Shown piece after piece: positions 46,900 through 61,984 of a stretch of DNA of 64,000 nucleotides. Location: assembly GCA_043228905.1 (NCBI GenBank), contig JBHGNT010000007.1:17918001-17982000 (forward strand), read 5' to 3'. Each line of letters starts with the position of its first letter. Within the stretch, counting starts at the first letter, position 1. This DNA is from Azolla caroliniana (taxonomy: Eukaryota; Plantae; Polypodiophyta). Position numbers and translations under genes: made by a program. A model generated the notes under the pieces. It had not been told where the DNA came from, searched no databases, and worked only from the letters and a program-made list of their open reading frames with translations.

Positions 46900-48525
46900 A
46901 CACCTAACTTTCCAAAGAACCCATAAAACCAAAGAAGAGATAAGCTGCCAGACGTAACTCTGGGAGAAAAACTTGATTCCCTGCAAGGAGCTTGAAGTAG
47001 ATTATACTTGTAAACTTCTGACATGTAATGTTTATGAAGAATAATGATGATGATAAAAAGTCATTTGTTGATCCAACCTTCCCCAAAAGACTGCACCCCA
47101 CGTGAAAATCCCCGATCTATACTTACGACCTAGTAGCCTAAGAATTCGAAACCTTTTTTTTTGTGACAACACATTCCCAAAATACATGATGCATTGACTC
47201 ACATACAAAACCACACATAACGCATGACCCATCAATCACAAATCCCCTCAGCAAATCACCTACTGGCAACGCATAATGAATCATCAACCAACGAAAATGT
47301 AATATCTTGTTCATACATTTAGCTGACCAAAAATGTTTCCAAAACATCAGCATATGAGAAGATGAGACATTACCTTCCTCCCAATACTTTTTTCCAGCAA
47401 GTACTGACTCGGTCTGACTCAACATAAAGTTTCTCCCGAACGCCACCAAATATGTGAAGAATGGGAGGACCTTAGTGGAATTATTAGGCATGGACAATTT
47501 CCAACCATAATCCACTAGATCCCATTGCAGATCAGCAAGTCGCCTAGAGTGTGAAACCCAAATATGAGATGAATAGTTAGCAATTAAGGGACTAGGGTCA
47601 ATAAACAATTTTTTATCCAATCTAGCAATTACTCACACTAGTAACTGCTTTGTAGCGGACATAATTGGAGACTCGTCATATACTAATATCAACCTACCAT
47701 TATCCAACACTTCATAAAAATAGAGGCTGCCATTTTGATGATATATCCGAGCTCCTATAAGTATATTAAGTGTTGAGAACATACCATACCAAATCTGAAA
47801 ATGATCGAACTACAAAGTTGGCACTATGACCTGATACACCATGGACAATTGAGATACCATTATGTTTGCCTCTCTTAAGTTAGACAACCTATTCTTTTGT
47901 TCTTGTGATGATGTCTACAAAAACTTTATCCAATCCACAACCGTACGGGCCGGACCATTGTCCATTGCAGCCCAAGATAACCTAGGCCTTAGACCCAAAA
48001 CACATGCGGCTTCATCCGAGGATAATTTTTTGGTGGCAAGAAAACAAGTGCTTGACGAAGACTTTCCCATGCCTGAAATATTCCATTAAAGAAACGTAAT
48101 GATCCAACATTGGACTTGGGTAATGGAAAATCTGCATTAAAAAACCATCTAAGACTATCATTCCATTGACCACCTACTGATGACTTGACCTTATGTAAAT
48201 GCCGAATCCATAACTTTTTCCATAACTCCTCTCCTAGCAATAAACTCCTAACAACATGTTTAAAAAGTAAGGCTTTACTTGATGCATCAGAGAAATTGTC
48301 CACAGCCTTTTGCACTTGTGCCAATTTTAATTGTGAGGCCTGAACATATAAAGTTGCATCATCAACAAACTCGCTATCCACGATAGCATATGACTATGGT
48401 AGTGCTAACCCTTTAATATTTACATATTGAGAATTTGGATGTACAAAAAATGCTTCAAATACTAGTAAAAACAGGAAAGGAGCAAGTGGACATCACTGTC
48501 GTAATGATCTTGAAATCGAACAACA
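46900..48525 (-). mobile_element. Second L1-like LINE ORF2 remnant related to 23900-26861
   Basis: FVDDATLY, FRWLMIHYALPV..CVMCG..ESMHHVFWEC; same C-terminal motifs as the first LINE. Confidence 0.8.
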
Positions 48526-48539
48526 AGACTTAAAGAGGC

Positions 48540-48917
48540 CGAGAGGATACTATAGAGGTATGAAACTAATAATGCGACGGTGCATATTGTGAACAAGCCC
48601 CGCCCAATATTGGTTTAAAATATTGAGCTTGACAAAACCCACTATGTGGTATAATGTATCGGTCCAATGCTCATATTGTGATTGCCAATACCCTGTGAGT
48701 AAATGTAAGCATATAGTCGGCATTCAGATGAGTATTGAGAGGCACATGCCACATATATGTGGGTCGTTGCCTTTTATAGACCATGTGGCCCATATGCCCA
48801 GTGACCATTTCATAGAAATAGAAGTGGAGACAAACCCTAGTGCATCATATATGGAGGAATGGGAGTCAAAATTACAAATGAGCGAGGTAGTTATTCAATG
48901 TCTCAAGCAAGGGTTAC
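48540..48917 (+). mobile_element. SWIM zinc-finger fragment, probably a MULE transposase remnant
   Basis: YNVSVQCSYCDCQYPVSKCKHI matches CxC..CKH. Confidence 0.6.
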
Positions 48918-49390
48918 TGTTACGGGCATGACCATATAATATCCCGTGGTGAGAATTTACCGTAGTATTCTATACACGTGGATAAGTGTGAGGGTACGAG
49001 AGTGTAAAGAAGGGGAGGATTACTTTTAAATCCTCGGGATTGAGACAACCCATTAGGCCAAGTGTCAACTTGCCTGGGGGCCTTGGGTATCGCTATAAAT
49101 AAGAGGCCTAGCTACCCTCATTTGATTATCTGGTTGACTACGTCGAGACTCTGTCTTGTGGTGGGTCAACTCTTGTAGCGAGCGCGCCAACACCAGGTAC
49201 GACTCGACGCCATGGCGGTGGTATGGGACGCCGATCGAGGCTCAAGTCCATCTTGATCCCTTCGCTCGGGGGTGGTCAGGTGGATCGGCTCCCTTCTTTC
49301 TCTCTCTCCTCTCTATCTAGATCTATCTATTCATCTATATTCTATCCTTATCTAATGCTTACATTAGTCTATGTCTCTAATAGTTACAAT
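48918..49390 (+). mobile_element. Possible solo LTR (boundaries uncertain)
   Basis: Starts TGTTACGGG, has CTATAAATAAG and a (TC)n U5-like tract; TSD not resolved. Confidence 0.35.
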
Positions 49391-51213
49391 TCCTCGACCA
49401 TGCAAAAGTTTTGGCATGTATGGCGTCCATTTTAGAAACAAGACAAACGGTGGTGTATCACGTTGGTGCATCAAAACCAACCAATGAAGAAGATAGTGGA
49501 TCCATAAGGCAAAAGCAAGCAATTGGTGCAAAGAGAGGAGCATCAGTCGACATTTCACAAGATCTTATTGGCAATTCCCCAAACACTTCCAAAACCCACA
49601 CCCGAAAAATGCAAAGAGGTGCAAGTCAAGCTAGGAGGTGGTTGCCAATATGTCTGACAGAGAAGATTTGATGCTTGCATTATGATGCCTTGACCTTTAG
49701 ATCAAGGGACTCGAATGTTGATTGTTGCAAGAATTGTGGTTGCATCTTGTTGTCATCTCCAGATGAGCCATAAACATGCTTGAGTAGTTTTGCAAACCAT
49801 TGCAATTGGGTTTACGAATGAAGTATGTTTAAAGTGGATTTATGTTAAAAGTATGTTTTAAGTTTTATGTTTCGAGTATGTTATAAGTTGATTTATGTTT
49901 TAAGTTTTAAGTTTTAAGATGATTATTTATTGTAAAGACTAAGTTTTAAGTATGGTGAAGTTCGTTGATTTTGGAACTTTTTATGTTGGATTGTGTGACT
50001 GTTTAATCTGTTATTGTAAGTTTTAAGTTTCAAGATTAGACTTATTTGAAGATTTTGGTGGAAATGATACATTTGGTTGGGCAACCTGCAACGGTCAAGG
50101 TTGGGCGACCAAGGACTCAGAATTGGGCAACCTCTGAGAGATTTTTTTCACGTTGTCGTGTTGTTACACGCATGCGTATAGAACGAAGTGGGACCACGGG
50201 GGTCTTGGACCGAGGAATAACCGATCAGGAGTAGGCGCAAGAAAGACAACAGTCGTGCCTCCACACACACACACGCAGATACACAGAAACCGCAACCGAA
50301 TGAAACAACGGGAACGAGACGAATGCGTATATGTATATATATTCTAATGAAAAAGGGGTTACAACCGGCAGGCCGGTGAGCGACAAATCTCCTACGCCTA
50401 CGCACACGCACACAGAGGAGCAAGATGGAGACTCTGCCAGAAGCACTCAGGCGTTCCGCGGAGCAGAGTCGGCCTCTTGAAAACTTGCACTAAGCAAATA
50501 CAGAGGAAGACGAAGGAGAAGAGCTCGGTCCCAGTCCGACAGCACTTCGTCCTCGACTAAAACGATCCCTTTTACGATTCCTCTCCCTCTCTTTTATAGC
50601 CCAAGGAGGGAGGCCGTTACAACTTGTTACATTATCTTTATTCTTTGTCCTTTCGGACAGAGATATGCCTCGACTTCCTACCGATCAAATCCGTGCAACC
50701 TAGGATATTCACATCAGCCGACTTGTACCTAAATATGTATATTACAACAAAACTTGTGCCCGTGTGTAAGGGCCGGTTCGTGCACATCATTCTCCGATTC
50801 CGCCTAGGGACGGTTTTCTCCATGACAACGCGTTCTTTCTTATCCAAATCGGACGATGCAGATCACACGCGCCATGCTTCGAGCGACTTGCACCGTCTTT
50901 GGCCATGATTCCCTCGCCAACCCTATTTATGATTTGGTGTATAATAGACACAAACATACATACATATACATATACACATAGATTGACGTATTTGCATTTG
51001 AGGGGCCTCCTCCACGAATGCAAACAAATATGAATATGATTGGTTGTAAAAGTATTAGTTTTTTTCTTCTTTTTTTGAAAAAAAAAATCGTTTTTTTTCT
51101 CGAATGAACAACAAATTGCATCCTCACCTCCCCCTCCATCCTGTTTGTGATGCCTAAATCCTCACGTCCCCCCTACATCTTGTTCTTGGCTTGAAATTTG
51201 GGGTTTCTATTGA

Positions 51214-51713
51214 AAACCCTAATTTTAGTAAAAACCCTAATTTCGACCACATTTCCTCTTCATGGCCAGCATCCTCGGACTCTCCTGCTACATCCTCTGC
51301 GCGATGGATGTGGTGATGTTCTCAATCTTCACACTTAGGGTTTTGTAGAAACCCTAAATTTGGCTAAAACCCTAATTTATTTAATTATTAGTGAGTTCAT
51401 TAACTTTTTTTAGTGAACTAATCAGTTATTAATTCTTTTTTTTTAGTGAATTAATTAATGTACTTTATATTATGTAAAAGTAATTTTGAGAAACGAATGG
51501 TTTTATAATATTCTTGGGTCATTTTTTGTGAATATCACGAATGGAGAATATCACGAATATCACGAATATCACGTATGTGTCAATCTATACATACACATAC
51601 ATACTGATACTACATTCTCTGTCTCTTTCTCTCCGGAGGCCCCTCCTCCTCTTCCTCCTGTTATGTATACATATATGCTCTTCAAAGCCCTCCCTCACTG
51701 TGGAAAACCCTAA
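51214..51713. promoter_or_regulatory. Cluster of telo-box motifs (AAACCCTAA) upstream of XPB
   Basis: AAACCCTAA at 51214, 51232, 51349, 51367 and 51705; inverted copy at 51335. Confidence 0.5.
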
Positions 51714-52110
51714 TTACCTCCCTGATGGTCACGCATTCTCCTGCTCTTTGAAGTCTTCATTCGATCTCGTCTCTAAGATCACGTAGTTATCCCGCCCGCC
51801 TCTGCGATGATTAACATTTCAAGCTACCTGTCTGTATGAAATTGGCGTTCCAAATGTTCCCGTCTGTATAAATTTAGGGTATCAAGTCACGCACCTGTAT
51901 AAATCTAGGGTTTCCGGGGGCAGATGAAATCTTAATATTGTAATCTGTGCAGAAAGAGGGAAGCGTACAATCTGTCTCTCTATATACATAGACAGAGAGA
52001 GATTAATTAGAAAAATAAATAGAAAAAGAAGTAAGCAAAGAAGAAGATCAAATTGCTGCAAAATTGTCGGGAAAAACTCGGAGAATTCGCCAAAAAGAAG
52101 TTGATTAAAG

Positions 52111-55100
52111 ATGTCTAGCTTTGGTTTGTATTAATTTATATACAATCAATCTCTTTCTAAAGTCTTCCTTCTATGAAGCAATCTGTATTTATTCTTCATT
52201 TACTATTTGATCTTTTAGGCAGCGACAAAACGAGAGCAAGTAAGAAGCCAAAGCGCCATGGAAGAAAGGTAGGATTGTTTTTCAGTAGAGAAAGATTTAA
52301 CCAGAAAAAGTTTTGCGTCCGGGTTTTTTATTTGAGAAGAGAACTGAAGGTTTAGGGTTATTGATTTCAGAGAAAAACAGAAGGTTTTGTATGGGTTATT
52401 GATTATAAAGGGAAAACGAGGATTTTATTTGGGCCATTGATTCGAGAGTAGAAAAAAAGGTTTTGTTTGGGGTATTGATTTGAGGGGAAAAACAAAAGTT
52501 GTGTGGAATATTTATTGGAGAGGAAAACTGTTGGCAGTTTGGGTTATTGATTTGAGAAGAAAACAGAAGGCTTTGTCTGAGTTATTGATTCAAGAGGTTC
52601 TGTATGGATTTGGTTCGAGAGTGAAAAAGCTATTTATATGATTGCTTAAGAGACATTACAGATAATCAAGGTCAGAATTAAGAGGGAAATGGTATGAAAT
52701 GTGTTTTTATAATCCCTGAAGAGTCACCAAAGATTATTAGTGTAAGATAGATTTTGAGCTAAATAAGGTCAGATTTTAGAAAGAGGATTCTTTTGTTTAA
52801 TTATTTTAGAGACCTGAAATCTATTTAGGTATGATAGAAGCTGAGGCATTCAAAGTCAGTCTTAAGAGGAAAAAAGTATGAAATTTGTTTATATAATTCC
52901 TTAAGTGACATTAAAGCTAATCCAGGTCAGATAACGTCAAGCTAATTTGTCAGAGAGAGAGAGAGAGGGGGAAATTATCCATGCTAAGGTTGATGTTTAC
53001 AGCTAATGAAGATTAGATTCTGTCTCTTTTCTCTTATTCACTTAAAAGCTGATCTAGCTCAGATTAGAGCCTCTAAGGCATTAGCTAATCTAACTCAGAT
53101 TAGAGGTTCTAAGGCATTGAAATCCTAATCAGACTCAAATTGGGAGGACTTTTTTTTGTTGCTCGTAGAGGAACGATTGTTTTCTTTGCGACATAGATTT
53201 TGTTAATGATATTGTCATTGATGTAGGAGAGGTAATTAAGGTGAGGTGTTGGTTAGGAATTGATGCTGTAATCAGACTCAGATTATGCATATATTGGAAA
53301 GTGTTTTTGGTTTCAACATAGCTTTAGTTATGTTACCTTATTTGTTATGATATAGGATGACATTGAGGATGAAGATGAGGAAATGTTGGTCTTTACAGAG
53401 GAGCAGGATGAAGATACACAAGATGGTGAGTGTTTTTTCCGTATGTGCCACAATTTAGTTGTATAGGTGTGAATCTCAATCAATAATTAATGGTCATTAT
53501 GTTAATAGGTGGTGAGGAGATAAGGAGAAAAGACTTCAGCAAGTTGGAACTCAAGGCAGACCATTTCAATAGGCCGATGTGGGTTTGTGCCGATGGACGA
53601 ATATTTCTAGAGACTTTCTCTCCGCTCTACAAACAAGCCTACGATTTTCTTATTGCTATTGCAGAACCTGTGTGCAGGTGATTAATATTGGTTGATTCTC
53701 ATCCATAATATGTTTTTTGAATTTATTCAGAAGTTTCTACTATCATGTATCATTTACTTTGTTATAATTTTGTGCATGCAGACCCGAGAGTCTTCATGAG
53801 TACAATCTGACACCACATTCTCTGTATGCGGCTGTTTCTGTGGGATTGGAGACAGAGACTGTGATTACTGTGTTAGACAGGCTGTCGAAAACTAAGCTTT
53901 CACAAGAAATTGTGGATTTTATACGTGCTTCAACGTTAAATTATGGAAAAGTGAAGCTTGTGTTGAAGAAGAATAGATATTTTGTGGAATCTCCGTTTCC
54001 TGAGGTAAATACCTTGTCATTTCAGTACACGTGAGTCACATCTTGACTGAATATGAACCTGATGATTTGTGCTGAGAAACATTTTATTATGGGGTGTCTT
54101 GTCATTTTTGTACATGTGATTCTTGATAACTGATCAATCTGATCTGTCATGGGAAAGTCTTATTTATGAGGGTACTTTTCATTTTCTCTCGATACTGATC
54201 ATGTCTTGATGATATACCAATTGGTTCTGTTTCTGGTGTATTTATGATAGATATGGATAACAACTATGAATTATTGTAATTTCCTCCAAATGGTTGAAGG
54301 ATGACAACCTGTGATTGATTGCCTCTGAAGTTCCTATAATACATGTCAATAATTTTGTTGCTAAGAAAGCATGTTCCTTGTTTGATTGTGTTAGTTGTAT
54401 CAATTATGATTTATGCATTGCTTTAAATTGCATTAAATTTCTCCATGCAGGTGTTGCAAACCTTGCTTAGAGATGAAATTGTGGCTCGCTCAAGAATAAT
54501 TTCGAATCAGGTAATTTCAGATTTCAGATATTGATTCCATCCTGCTAGAGATATGGCATATTATTTTGAAAGTGCTTTCTGAATAGGTTGAGACTGGAGT
54601 TGAAGATGATGCAAGCTTCAGGGTGAGCAAAGGTCTGACGGAATCTGGAGCCCATCAAGCATTCCTCTCTGAGGATGATCTTGCTGCAGTTACAGAAGAG
54701 AAAGAGATTCATGCCTTTGAAATAGATCCTGCACAAGTGAGATATACATTTTTTACAGGACCATGATTTCATAAAATATAAAGCATAGGGATAAACACTG
54801 ATATACCCTGAATTTGTTGGGTATTTATGGGGACATCCCTTTGGTTGTCAAATAATAATCTTCAGCTCTTGAAAGGACTACCAATTGGATATTGGTAAAA
54901 TTTTGAAACTTAAGGGTATTCTGGGAGATACGCAATAAGGGTATTTTGGTGGTTTTCCATATTAGACATTGATTTTGTAGCACAAGTTAATATTTTTCAT
55001 ATTGCAGGTTGAACATGTGAAACAACGCTGCCTACCTAGTGCACTTAATTATCCAATGCTTGAGGAGTATGATTTCAGAAATGACACAGTAAGCTTGAAA

Positions 55101-58100
55101 AGAAAGATGTAATGCATACAGTCACACTTATGTTATGCAGGATCAACATTAATCCACTAGTATAAACTTTGAATCAGGTGAATGCAGATCTGAGTATTGA
55201 ACTAAAACCGCAGGCTCAGCCACGACCTTATCAAGAGAAAAGTCTGAGCAAAATGTTTGGAAATGGTATGGATTTGTCATCAAAGAAACATCATATATTT
55301 ATGCATATAAGTTGAATGAAAAGCTAAGTATTGAGCATGATGGCTATACACATGCATGTATATATGAAAGTTCAACAAAGTGTGAGCATGAAAATTTTAA
55401 TTTTCATCCTTTTACAGGTCGTGCAAGGTCTGGTATCATTGTTTTACCATGTGGAGCAGGAAAATCACTTGTTGGGGTGTCTGCTGCGTGTAGGATAAAG
55501 AAGAGTTGTCTCTGTCTTGCTACGAATGCTGTTTCTGTGGATCAATGGGCTTTCCAATTTAAGCTATGGTCCACAGTCAGAGATGATCAAATCTGTCGTT
55601 TCACATCTGACAGCAAGGAGAGGTTTCGTGGTAATGCTGGTGTTGTTGTGGCCACTTATAACATGGTTGCTTTTGGTGGGAAAAGGTCCGAGGAGTCTGA
55701 GAAGATAATCGAAGACATACGGAATAGAGAGTGGGGCTTGCTTCTGATGGATGAAGTGAGAAATATACATCAGCTCTATAGATAATACATTTACAGATAT
55801 TTTCTTTTAATATATATTGAATTGTAAGGTTGGTTGTGTAGGTGCATGTCGTTCCTGCACACATGTTTCGTAAGGTTATCAGTCTGACCAAGTCCCATTG
55901 CAAACTAGGACTCACCGGTAAAACCTTTCAGATTTTATATTAGAAGCTCAAATTTTGATATTACTCTTTGTTTCTTTATTTACCAGATATTGTACATTAA
56001 ATCTCACATTGGACAGAAAATTCTTTTTGTTATTATTGATAATTTAAACCTTCTTGAAGTGACGAATATAGCATTCTCTATTTCCTCTTTTTCTTGAAAA
56101 TTTTCTTTCTTGTGGTCATTGCAGCAACACTTGTACGAGAAGATGAGCGGATTACAGATTTGAATTTTCTGATTGGGCCAAAATTGTATGAGGCCAATTG
56201 GTTGGACTTAGTAAAGCATGGGTACATTGCCAATGTCCAATGTGCTGAAGTTTGGTGCCCCATGACAAAAGAATTCTTTGCAGAGTACTTGAAGAAGGAC
56301 AACTCTAGGAGGCGCCAGGTACATACATACATATATAGCTTGCTGTTCAGACGTCACCAAGTTCATAACAGGGTTTTCTAGTTAACTGGGACATTCTCTT
56401 AATTTTGTATAGGGCTTGTATGTGATGAACCCAAATAAGTTCAGAGCCTGTGAATTTCTTTTGCGTTTCCATGAGCAACAAAGAGGAGACAAAATCATTG
56501 TATTCTCTGATAATCTTTTTGCTTTGCGAGAATATGCAACCAAATTGAGGAAGCCATGTATATATGGTGCTACCAGGTTTCCTGTCTCTACTTCTCTGCA
56601 CCTATTTCTGTTTTTGTGATCTTATTTCTAATTATATGAAACCAACATTTTAATATATGTAATCACTTGTCTGGTAATATAGGCCATTTTTGCCTCTTAA
56701 AGATGTTAATATACTTTTCTTTCTTTTGTCCCAAGACTAACCTATCTCGTAAATCAATTCGTCTTTACAGTCACCAAGAGAGAACCCATATTCTGAATGC
56801 ATTCAAACACAATCCTCAGGTCAATACAGTTTTCCTCTCCAAGGTAAGAATGCTTTAGTTTTCACTTACTTTTATAATTCTGAATTATGCCCAATTCAAT
56901 GTTGGACATTAAAGTGGATGTTGATTGCTTTAGGTTGGAGATAATTCGATAGATATCCCAGAAGCAAATGTTATCATCCAGATCTCATCTCACGCGGGGT
57001 CACGACGTCAAGAAGCACAACGCCTTGGACGTATTTTGCGTGCTAAAGTAAAGCATGAAATTATATCTTGGCCGTATAAAACAATAGAAAAAGCATTTAA
57101 ACTTTTCCATGATCAATAGAAAAAGAATGAGGTTGTAAATTTGTATTATCTCTAGGGGAAACCAAAAGACAGAGTGGCTGGAGGTGCGGAGGAGTTCAAT
57201 GCATTTTTCTACTCACTTGTTTCAACTGATACACAAGTAAACACACCTAGGAAAAAACGAATCTTGTTTAAACTTTTTATAGTTATTTGGAATCTCTTAT
57301 AGTTATAGTCAAATCGAAACAAAATCTCTTATTTATGTATGTGAATATATATTTATGCAGGAAATGTATTTTTCAACCAAGAGGCAACAGTTTTTGATTG
57401 ATCAGGGTTATAGTTTCAAAGTGAGTTTTGAGCAAATTTTTTGTGTGGATCAATAACATATATTAACGCCATCTATGAATAGGAAGAGTTTGTAAAGACT
57501 CTTCTTTTGTTCTATCCAGGTTCTAACAGGTATACCTCCTGCTGATTCTGGCTCGGAACTTAGTTATTTTAACCTTAACGAACAGTTGGACCTTCTAACA
57601 AAGGTAAAATCAATCAAAAAAACTCTACTGAAATGCAAGTGAAGTGTTCATTATATTTTTTTGGAGTTGAGTTTGGGAAACTGTTTTCATGTTCACTTCA
57701 GTAAATGTTTGGGCAGCTTTTTTTCAATTATTATTAGTCTTTTTTGTCTTCGGAAACTATATTTGGATTGAAGATTATTTTTCCTATGCGGGGGGCAACG
57801 CCTTAATATGAAAAGATCTATATCGTTGAAACCATTCCTTGAGTTGGAGTTTGCATAGAAGAACAGATCATTTGTTGGAAGAGTTAAGAGTATAATTCAC
57901 ATAAGGTAATCACTAACAGTAGAAAGATGAAACAAACAGGTTCTTAATGCTGGAGATGAAGCTGGGGGTGTTGAACAACTAGAAGAAGATGTTGATGATA
58001 TAACCCAACTAGCAATGAGGCGTTCAATGGGATCGATGAGTGCCATGTCAGGGTCTCGAGGCATGGTATACATGGAATATAGGTCAGTTCGTATCTCTGC

Positions 58101-58343
58101 ATCCTTGTATAACCATTTTTTCAGTTTTGATAAGGTTTTGATCTATTTCACTCACCTAGAAATTTTAGTTTTTTATTTCTTTATAAAGGTTCCAATTCAT
58201 TTTCACTTACCCAGACTAAACATTTATATTTTTTTGCAATGCTTTTCCTTTACAGCAAAGGTCAATTTTCTGCCCAAGGCAAAGCAAAAAAGCGGGATCC
58301 AAACAAGCCGCGTCATACACTCTTCAAGAAACGATTCACATAA
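52111..58343 (+). CDS. XPB: TFIIH DNA helicase/translocase XPB, 20 exons: 52111-52123, 52219-52268, 53356-53425, 53509-53677, 53782-54004, 54451-54510, 54587-54736, 55008-55088, 55178-55265, 55418-55755, 55842-55917, 56125-56318, 56413-56576, 56771-56843, 56934-57047, 57156-57236, 57361-57420, 57520-57603, 57940-58082, 58256-58343
   Basis: [27 protein letters not shown], Walker [41 protein letters not shown]; all introns GT-AG; exon 1 is the least certain. Confidence 0.96.
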
Positions 58344-60254
58344 ATATATCTTCCGATGTTTTTTACTTCTCCGCGTCCATACCCGTCATATGACAGTGTC
58401 TACTTGTCACGTTTGCCTATCATGACACGTGGTATATATTTAATGACATTGACAGAGAGGGAAAGATCAAAAGCCAATTGCAAAGCCATGAGATGGGTAT
58501 TGAAGGATTTTTTTTTATGCGGATTCCAAAGCGAGATTTTGAAGGTGCCAAGTAACATGGCTCCCGGCTGTAAATAAAATGGCGTCCGTGGTTTTAGGAG
58601 AGAATAGAGATGAACAACGGGTGAAAATGCCGTTTTCTCGAGGCAAGGTTTAAATCTAAGAAACATACTTCAGATTCGAGGATGTTAAATTATGTTCCTC
58701 ATCATTTTTTCCTATATAAAGCAATTGTACATATTATGAAGCATAACTTGTCCAAGATTGCAATATTCTTTTTTTCTGCCATTCATCAAAGGTTGCATCC
58801 CCAATTATATTTATTTATGTGCTAGTTTTAGGTTTTGTTTTGAGTTCAGTCATTTTTGTATATAATGTGCTTAGTTTCCTTTATAAATTTTGTAAGAAAT
58901 AAATTTCTTCTTTGGCCACCCTCATACATAAGGCTGAAATTTTGGATTTTATTTTGTCAAGTAGTTTGGTGGTGGTGGTTGGGATAACTACAATGATTTT
59001 GGATTAGGGTTTGAGAATTTCAAGCAATGATGGGTATTATGGTAATTTTGAAAATATTAGGAGAGAGTGTCTTGGGAAACTTGTGGCTTGGTTATGTTGG
59101 CAATAAATCTCACTTATAAAATCGTATTTGTTGAAATCTTACCTAGAAGCCATCCAATTTTTGAAAATGACCAAATCATCCATTCCATCTTTGCAAAATG
59201 ATTTTAATGCCCAATTATATAATTGAATAACAATCAAAAGCAATGAGTATTACTTGCCAAGATTGTTGTTTAATGTTGGCATAAAAGGCCGACTCCTTCC
59301 ACTTTGTATCCTAGTGTGAACTCATCTAAAGAGTAAGGGCTTAGTGTATAAGTGATAGCCTAACATTGTAAAGAAAGAACACTTGATCATCTTGTACATT
59401 GAGTCTCTGAGAAATAGAGAGAAAACAAAAATAAAGATAGCTTCCATTAAAGCTTCATCCGTGTGTCTATCATCTATCTATATCTTCTTGCCTTCCTTCT
59501 ATGTTGTTTGTTGAGCATAATCGATAGGTCCTCACATACTTTTCCGCACATATCTGTCCCTCAACCTATGCTTATTTTGTTCACCAATAGGCAATTAGCT
59601 ACAATAACCAACTATTATTAAGTATTTGTAAGAAGTAGCAAAACATCAATCGTTTGCATGCCCCTTACTTTGTAAAGAGCAATAATAATGCAATCGGTTA
59701 TCCATAGTGTGTTGAGACTTTGTGATTTGAGTGGAGTTATCGCTTGGGCTCATTTGAAATCGAAAACCATTCGGATCGATTTTGACTTATATTTCAAGCA
59801 AAATGGAATCTCAATCTCAAGTATGATTCTATCATTGTGAACCATGACCTGTTTGGGGGGCAGAGCAACCTACTTGTGCTAGAAAACAACAATTCGATGC
59901 ATTATTATTGCTCTTTAAAACCTTATTCTTTCCCTATATACGCACAAAGCAAAAGCCCTATACAGACTTTGGGGCCAGAATACGAGCCTGGACAAAGTCG
60001 TTTTTGGCCTGATAGTGATAGGGAATGTGTTGCTTTCCCAAGTAGACTCAGAAATATACAACGAGAAGATGATAGTTGTGTATACATAGCTGCTTCCATG
60101 ATTATTAGCCATCGGAGGAAGATCTGGTTGCTTTGTTCTATGGCCATCATAAAATAAATTTGTTGAAACCATAAGAATTACAGAAAAGAAGAAGAGAAAT
60201 TGAACTAAAGCTCTTACACATTGTAAAAACCAAAACTTCATAACAACTAACAAT

Positions 60255-60605
60255 CGACAACGGTTCGGTTCGAGAGGGTCCAAACCGAATCGTTAATTTA
60301 TTTTAAAACTTGAACCAAACCGAACCGAACCACGAAAGCGTTAAATCGGTAAAACCACGGTTTCGGATTTCAGCTTAGGTCAATATTTAAAATTTAAAGA
60401 TTTTCCTAAAATGTGAGAATAAGGCACGAAAATGAAAAGATTGTTTAAAAACATTTTAAAATTTTTTTTTAAATTAAAAAAAAAACAAAAACAAAAAACC
60501 GTTAAACCGCGGTTTTTAATTGTTGAAACCGAACCGAACCATAAAAAAACCCCAAACCTGAACCGAACCGTTTAAACCGTTAAGCCACATTTGGTTCGAA
60601 CTTTT
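60255..60605. repeat. MITE/hAT-like remnant with AACCG/CGGTT subterminal repeats
   Basis: Repeated CGGTTCGGTT and AACCGAACCG motifs in both orientations; termini not resolved. Confidence 0.45.
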
Positions 60606-61984
60606 GCCGATGGTTAATATTAACAACATTAAGAATTAGTGAAAATAAGAATGCAATTTAAATTAGATAAACAAAAGAAAAAACAATTGTAAAAAAGAAA
60701 AAAGAAAAAAGAAAAAGGAAAAAGGAAAAAAACAAAAATATGTAAATAAACAATAAACATAAAAATAAAGAAATAAACAATGGGAAAGTAGCTTCATTTT
60801 GGAAAAAAAATAAAAAATAAAAAATAGAAAATAAAAAAAGAAATAAACAAACAAAAAGAAAAAAACATAAAAAGAAAACAAAGAGAGAAAACAAAAACAG
60901 AAATAAAAAGAAGAACAAAATAAAAAAGGAAAAGGAAAAGAAAAAGAAAAAGAAAAAGAAAAAGAAAAAGGAAAAGAAAGAGTCTGTTTCTTCTTCTTCT
61001 TCTTCTTCTGTGATTTGCTCTGTTTGCTGCTGCAAAGCTTCGTCTTCTTCGACTGTGAACAGAGCTTTTGGTAAGATCCCTTCTCAATCTGCTCTCTCTC
61101 TGTGTTCTTGTCTCTGTTTCTGTGTTCGTATCTCTTTTTCTGTCTTTCTCTGTGTTTGCGTCCGTCTCTCTCTGCGTAAATCTCTCGCTCTCTCTCTTTC
61201 TCTCTCCCTCTCTCTCTCTCTCAGATTTCCTGAACTTTCTCTTTTTCTATGCAAAGTCTTAACGAAACGTACTCATCATTATTATTCTTTAAACCCTCCA
61301 CCTCCCTTTCATTTGGGTTCTTTTGTTTTTGCCTCTACTTATTCTTTTGCTTGTCAATGAGGTGTTCTGCTTTGAGTCTTTAGGTTTCTTTTCGCTATTA
61401 GGGTTTTTTATGTTTAGATTTTCTTCTTCATCAATTTTTTCATCTCATGAGTGAGGGCAATTTTTCACTGGACTTTGATTTTCTCATCAGGCTTAACTCC
61501 ACCACACATTTTATTGTGATTGATTTTTTCATTAGGTTTATTTCTGGTTTCTGAGTTGTTGCTTCTGTAGCTCTATATATAGAGGTTTTTTGCCGTCTGA
61601 TTGGTTTCTGGCCATGTTATATGGATGGACAGTCGAATTTGTTTCTGATTAAATAATTAGTCAGTCAACATTTGGTTGCTAAGGTTAGGGATTGTTATTG
61701 AATCAGTAAAATATTCGTAGTTAGATAATCACTATTGGTACAAGTTATGAAATCGTTCATGTAAAATTGATGGCCATAGGAAAAGGTGGTTATATAGACG
61801 GCAAATATGGTACAGAATCCTTCATATCCATTTTGAAAGATGAGATCCCAGTCTGTGTTGAAAATTTTAATGTATTGATCTAGCTAAAAATGACAACTAT
61901 CTGATAGTATGTTTCTCAACTTTATTTAGTGATATGCACGACATCATCTATATGCATACGGAGGTAGGTTACTTCTACGGTATA

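Noticed and set aside
50046-51140. Short ORFs as a gene upstream of XPB
   Set aside because: No motifs or splice-consistent structure; likely TE-derived or promoter sequence.
60658-61087. Phe-rich ORFs
   Set aside because: Artefacts of a poly-A-rich low-complexity promoter tract.
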